This document shows, piece after piece, positions 3,819 through 5,588 of a DNA stretch of 5,588 nt (positions are counted from its first letter, which is position 1; each line of letters begins with the position of its first letter). The translations under genes and the position numbers were made by a program. The notes beneath the pieces were generated by a model. That model was not told where the DNA came from. It did no database searches and was given only the letters and a program-made list of their open reading frames with translations. Source of the stretch: a virus; IMG/VR virus record IMGVR_UViG_3300017773_005253, positions 1 to 5,588 of that record; one strand, given 5' to 3'.

Positions 3819-5527
3819 GAGTAACGGAAATGATACCTAATGCACCGATTACGGTGCAGAAAAGTATGCGAAAGGCGCGTGGGCGTGTTTTAACGTCAGG
3901 CGATGCAGGTAAAATTTTGCCTTTGAAATACGAATGGCTACACCGCGAAGACGGTGTGCAAAGTGGCAAAATCCGTGTCAACGTTGAAATGATGGAAACA
4001 TCTGAAATGTTGATGAACGGGGTTGGCGTGACTTGTTACGCTCATTTTGTCCCAATGCTTGCGTTTGACCGTTTTAACGGTTCAATGAATGAATTGAACG
4101 CAAGTTATAAAAAAGAAAACGGCGTAGCGGGTAGCGTAGTTCCTTTTTTTGAAAGTAATTTAGTTTTTAATGGTACATCAGTTGATGGAGCTGCTGCAAT
4201 AGCTGGCGGCGCTCCAAATTTTGATACTGGACCATCATACGCTAGGGAAACTGAGACATTTTACCAAACTATGGGTATTCACACACAAGCAACAAATTTA
4301 AATACAACGGTTGTTGAAGCTTATAACGCAATTGTGAATTATAGACGCAAAGCACGATCTAAATCCTTACCATTAAGAAACGCATTTGATCATAGATTAG
4401 CAGAAGCGTTTTGGATTAATAACGGTATGCAAAATATTGTGCCTGATTTTGATCAAGCGTTGATAGATGGTGAAGTGAGTTTGCAAGGACTTACTTTTAA
4501 AGCGCCAGTATATTCTGAATTTGCTAGTCGTGGGACTGCAAGTATTACAGGAGGAGGTTCGGAAAGTGGGTCTGATGGTTGGTCTCCAGCGGGAGCAAAT
4601 CAAGATTCAACTTTTCCTCCTTATAATTCAAATAATTTACATCCGGATGGATCAACAACCGGAGCGTATTATTGGGATAATGTTTGGGCAGAATTGACAG
4701 CGGGCGGAAACGCTACGATGTCTTTGGCGGATATTGATCAAGCACGTAAAACAGCAAGTTTTGCTAAGTTGCGTCAATTGTACGATGGCATTGATGACGA
4801 GTATTTGATTGATTTGTTAATGAGCGGAATTCGGGTACCCGAAGAAGCCATGAAACAACCTATTTTGTTAGGCAAAAGCCAACAAATGATTGGGTTTAAT
4901 CAACGTTATGCAACAGACGCAGCTAATTTGGACGAAAGTGCAACAAATGGTTACGCAACATTAGATATGAGTATTCGGACGCCTGCGATGAATACGGGTG
5001 GCGTAATTATGATCACTGCGGAAATTGTTCCTGAACAGTTGTGGGAGCGTAAGAAAGATTATTTTTTATACACAACTGATCCAGACACCCTGCCCTCGTA
5101 TTTGCGAGATTTTTTAGACCCTGAAAAAGTGGCAGTGGTGAAAAACGATCACGCTGATGTAAATCACGCAACGCCAGACGGTACGTTTGGTTATGCACCG
5201 CTCAACCATGAATGGCAGCGGGATTTGGTAAATGTAGGTGGTAAGTATTATCGGCCAGCAAATGATGCGTTTGACGAGGACCGAGCAAAAATTTGGTCTG
5301 CAGAAGCAACAAATCCAACGCTGAATGAAGATTTTTATCTTTGTACAGGGTTACACAAAAAAGTGTTTGCAGATCAGACTGCAGACAGTTTTGAGATTAC
5401 AGCAATGACAGATTTGAACATTGTTGGAAATACTGTGTTTGGCGCAGGTCTGCAGGAAGCAGATTCAACCTCAGATTACGACGCGATCACGGCGGATGTG
5501 GACAGCACCCGTATCGACAAGTCGTAA
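3815..5527 (+). CDS. Major capsid protein (Microviridae F / VP1 family), 570 aa
   Basis: Strong SD GGAAGGAG at 3798-3805, 9 nt before the ATG. It is the largest ORF of the genome. Local landmarks resemble phiX174 F from memory: CYAHFVPMLAF against FTFYVPHRHVY, and GVIMITAEIVP against GTMFTLALVRFP. Its size is typical of non-phiX microvirus capsids. Confidence 0.85.
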   Translation: MRVTEMIPNAPITVQKSMRKARGRVLTSGDAGKILPLKYEWLHREDGVQSGKIRVNVEMMETSEMLMNGVGVTCYAHFVPMLAFDRFNGSMNELNASYKKENGVAGSVVPFFESNLVFNGTSVDGAAAIAGGAPNFDTGPSYARETETFYQTMGIHTQATNLNTTVVEAYNAIVNYRRKARSKSLPLRNAFDHRLAEAFWINNGMQNIVPDFDQALIDGEVSLQGLTFKAPVYSEFASRGTASITGGGSESGSDGWSPAGANQDSTFPPYNSNNLHPDGSTTGAYYWDNVWAELTAGGNATMSLADIDQARKTASFAKLRQLYDGIDDEYLIDLLMSGIRVPEEAMKQPILLGKSQQMIGFNQRYATDAANLDESATNGYATLDMSIRTPAMNTGGVIMITAEIVPEQLWERKKDYFLYTTDPDTLPSYLRDFLDPEKVAVVKNDHADVNHATPDGTFGYAPLNHEWQRDLVNVGGKYYRPANDAFDEDRAKIWSAEATNPTLNEDFYLCTGLHKKVFADQTADSFEITAMTDLNIVGNTVFGAGLQEADSTSDYDAITADVDSTRIDKS

Positions 5528-5588
5528 CAGGTAGGGGGGTGCCTCCCGCCCCCCTGCCCTTTAATATGAAGGAAAAAACAGATGAAAA
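5466..5588. repeat. Terminal redundancy copy 2 (circular-contig overlap)
   Basis: Exact copy of 1-123. It contains the capsid gene 3' end, the GC hairpin and the first 7 nt (ATGAAAA, 5582-5588) of the 175-aa ORF. Confidence 0.95.
5530..5558 (+). terminator. GC-rich hairpin after the capsid stop (second copy of 65-93, in native context)
   Basis: Identical sequence to 65-93, starting 3 nt after the capsid TAA (5525-5527). Confidence 0.5.

Larger units (their letters stand above)
1..5465 (+). other. One full unit of a circular Microviridae (ssDNA phage) genome, 5465 nt
   Basis: Bases 1-123 are identical to 5466-5588, giving a period of 5465 nt. The content is an F/VP1-like capsid, an H/VP2-like pilot and an HUH Rep with a YxxxY motif. 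All genes are co-directional with overlapping stop/start codons, which is the standard microvirus architecture and size. Confidence 0.9.

Noticed and set aside
127-5198. All minus-strand ORFs of 61-124 aa in the track (127-369, 695-988, 763-981, 1004-1234, 1411-1731, 2045-2419, 2976-3209, 3793-3981, 4397-4603, 5013-5198).
   Set aside because: Each lies antisense to a well-supported + strand gene. Their products are low-complexity, Cys/Phe/Leu-rich and typical of antisense frames, and I saw no convincing SD. Microviridae express only the strand with the sense of the packaged DNA.

Overview
The window is one complete circular genome of a small ssDNA phage of the family Microviridae. It is not phiX-like and is closer to the gokushovirus/pichovirus grade. 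Bases 1-123 recur exactly at 5466-5588, so the genome unit is 5465 nt and the window is a circular contig written with overlap. All supportable genes are on the + strand and tightly packed. In order they are: a 175-aa unknown, possibly structural or scaffolding protein; a zinc peptidase M15 cell-wall hydrolase; an HUH rolling-circle Rep (VP4/gpA-like) that needs a TTG start; and a 114-aa very basic ORF overlapping the Rep 3' end. A 211-nt non-coding region follows, with a perfect 10-bp hairpin and a phiX174-ori-like TTGATATTA core. After it come a 64-aa two-TMD holin-like protein, a 31-aa single-TMD micro-ORF that I found by reading the sequence, and a VP2/H-like pilot protein. Last are a 22-aa ultra-basic micro-ORF bridging the pilot stop and capsid start, and a 570-aa F/VP1-like major capsid protein. 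Three strong hairpins sit in intergenic regions. The most interesting hypotheses are (1) a multi-component holin/endolysin-type lysis system, with small membrane or cationic peptides, in a microvirus; (2) an intergenic phiX-like origin nick site; and (3) unannotated micro-ORFs coupled by overlapping stop/start codons. All family assignments rest on motif recognition from memory and no search was run. I saw no tRNA, rRNA, CRISPR array or transposon.
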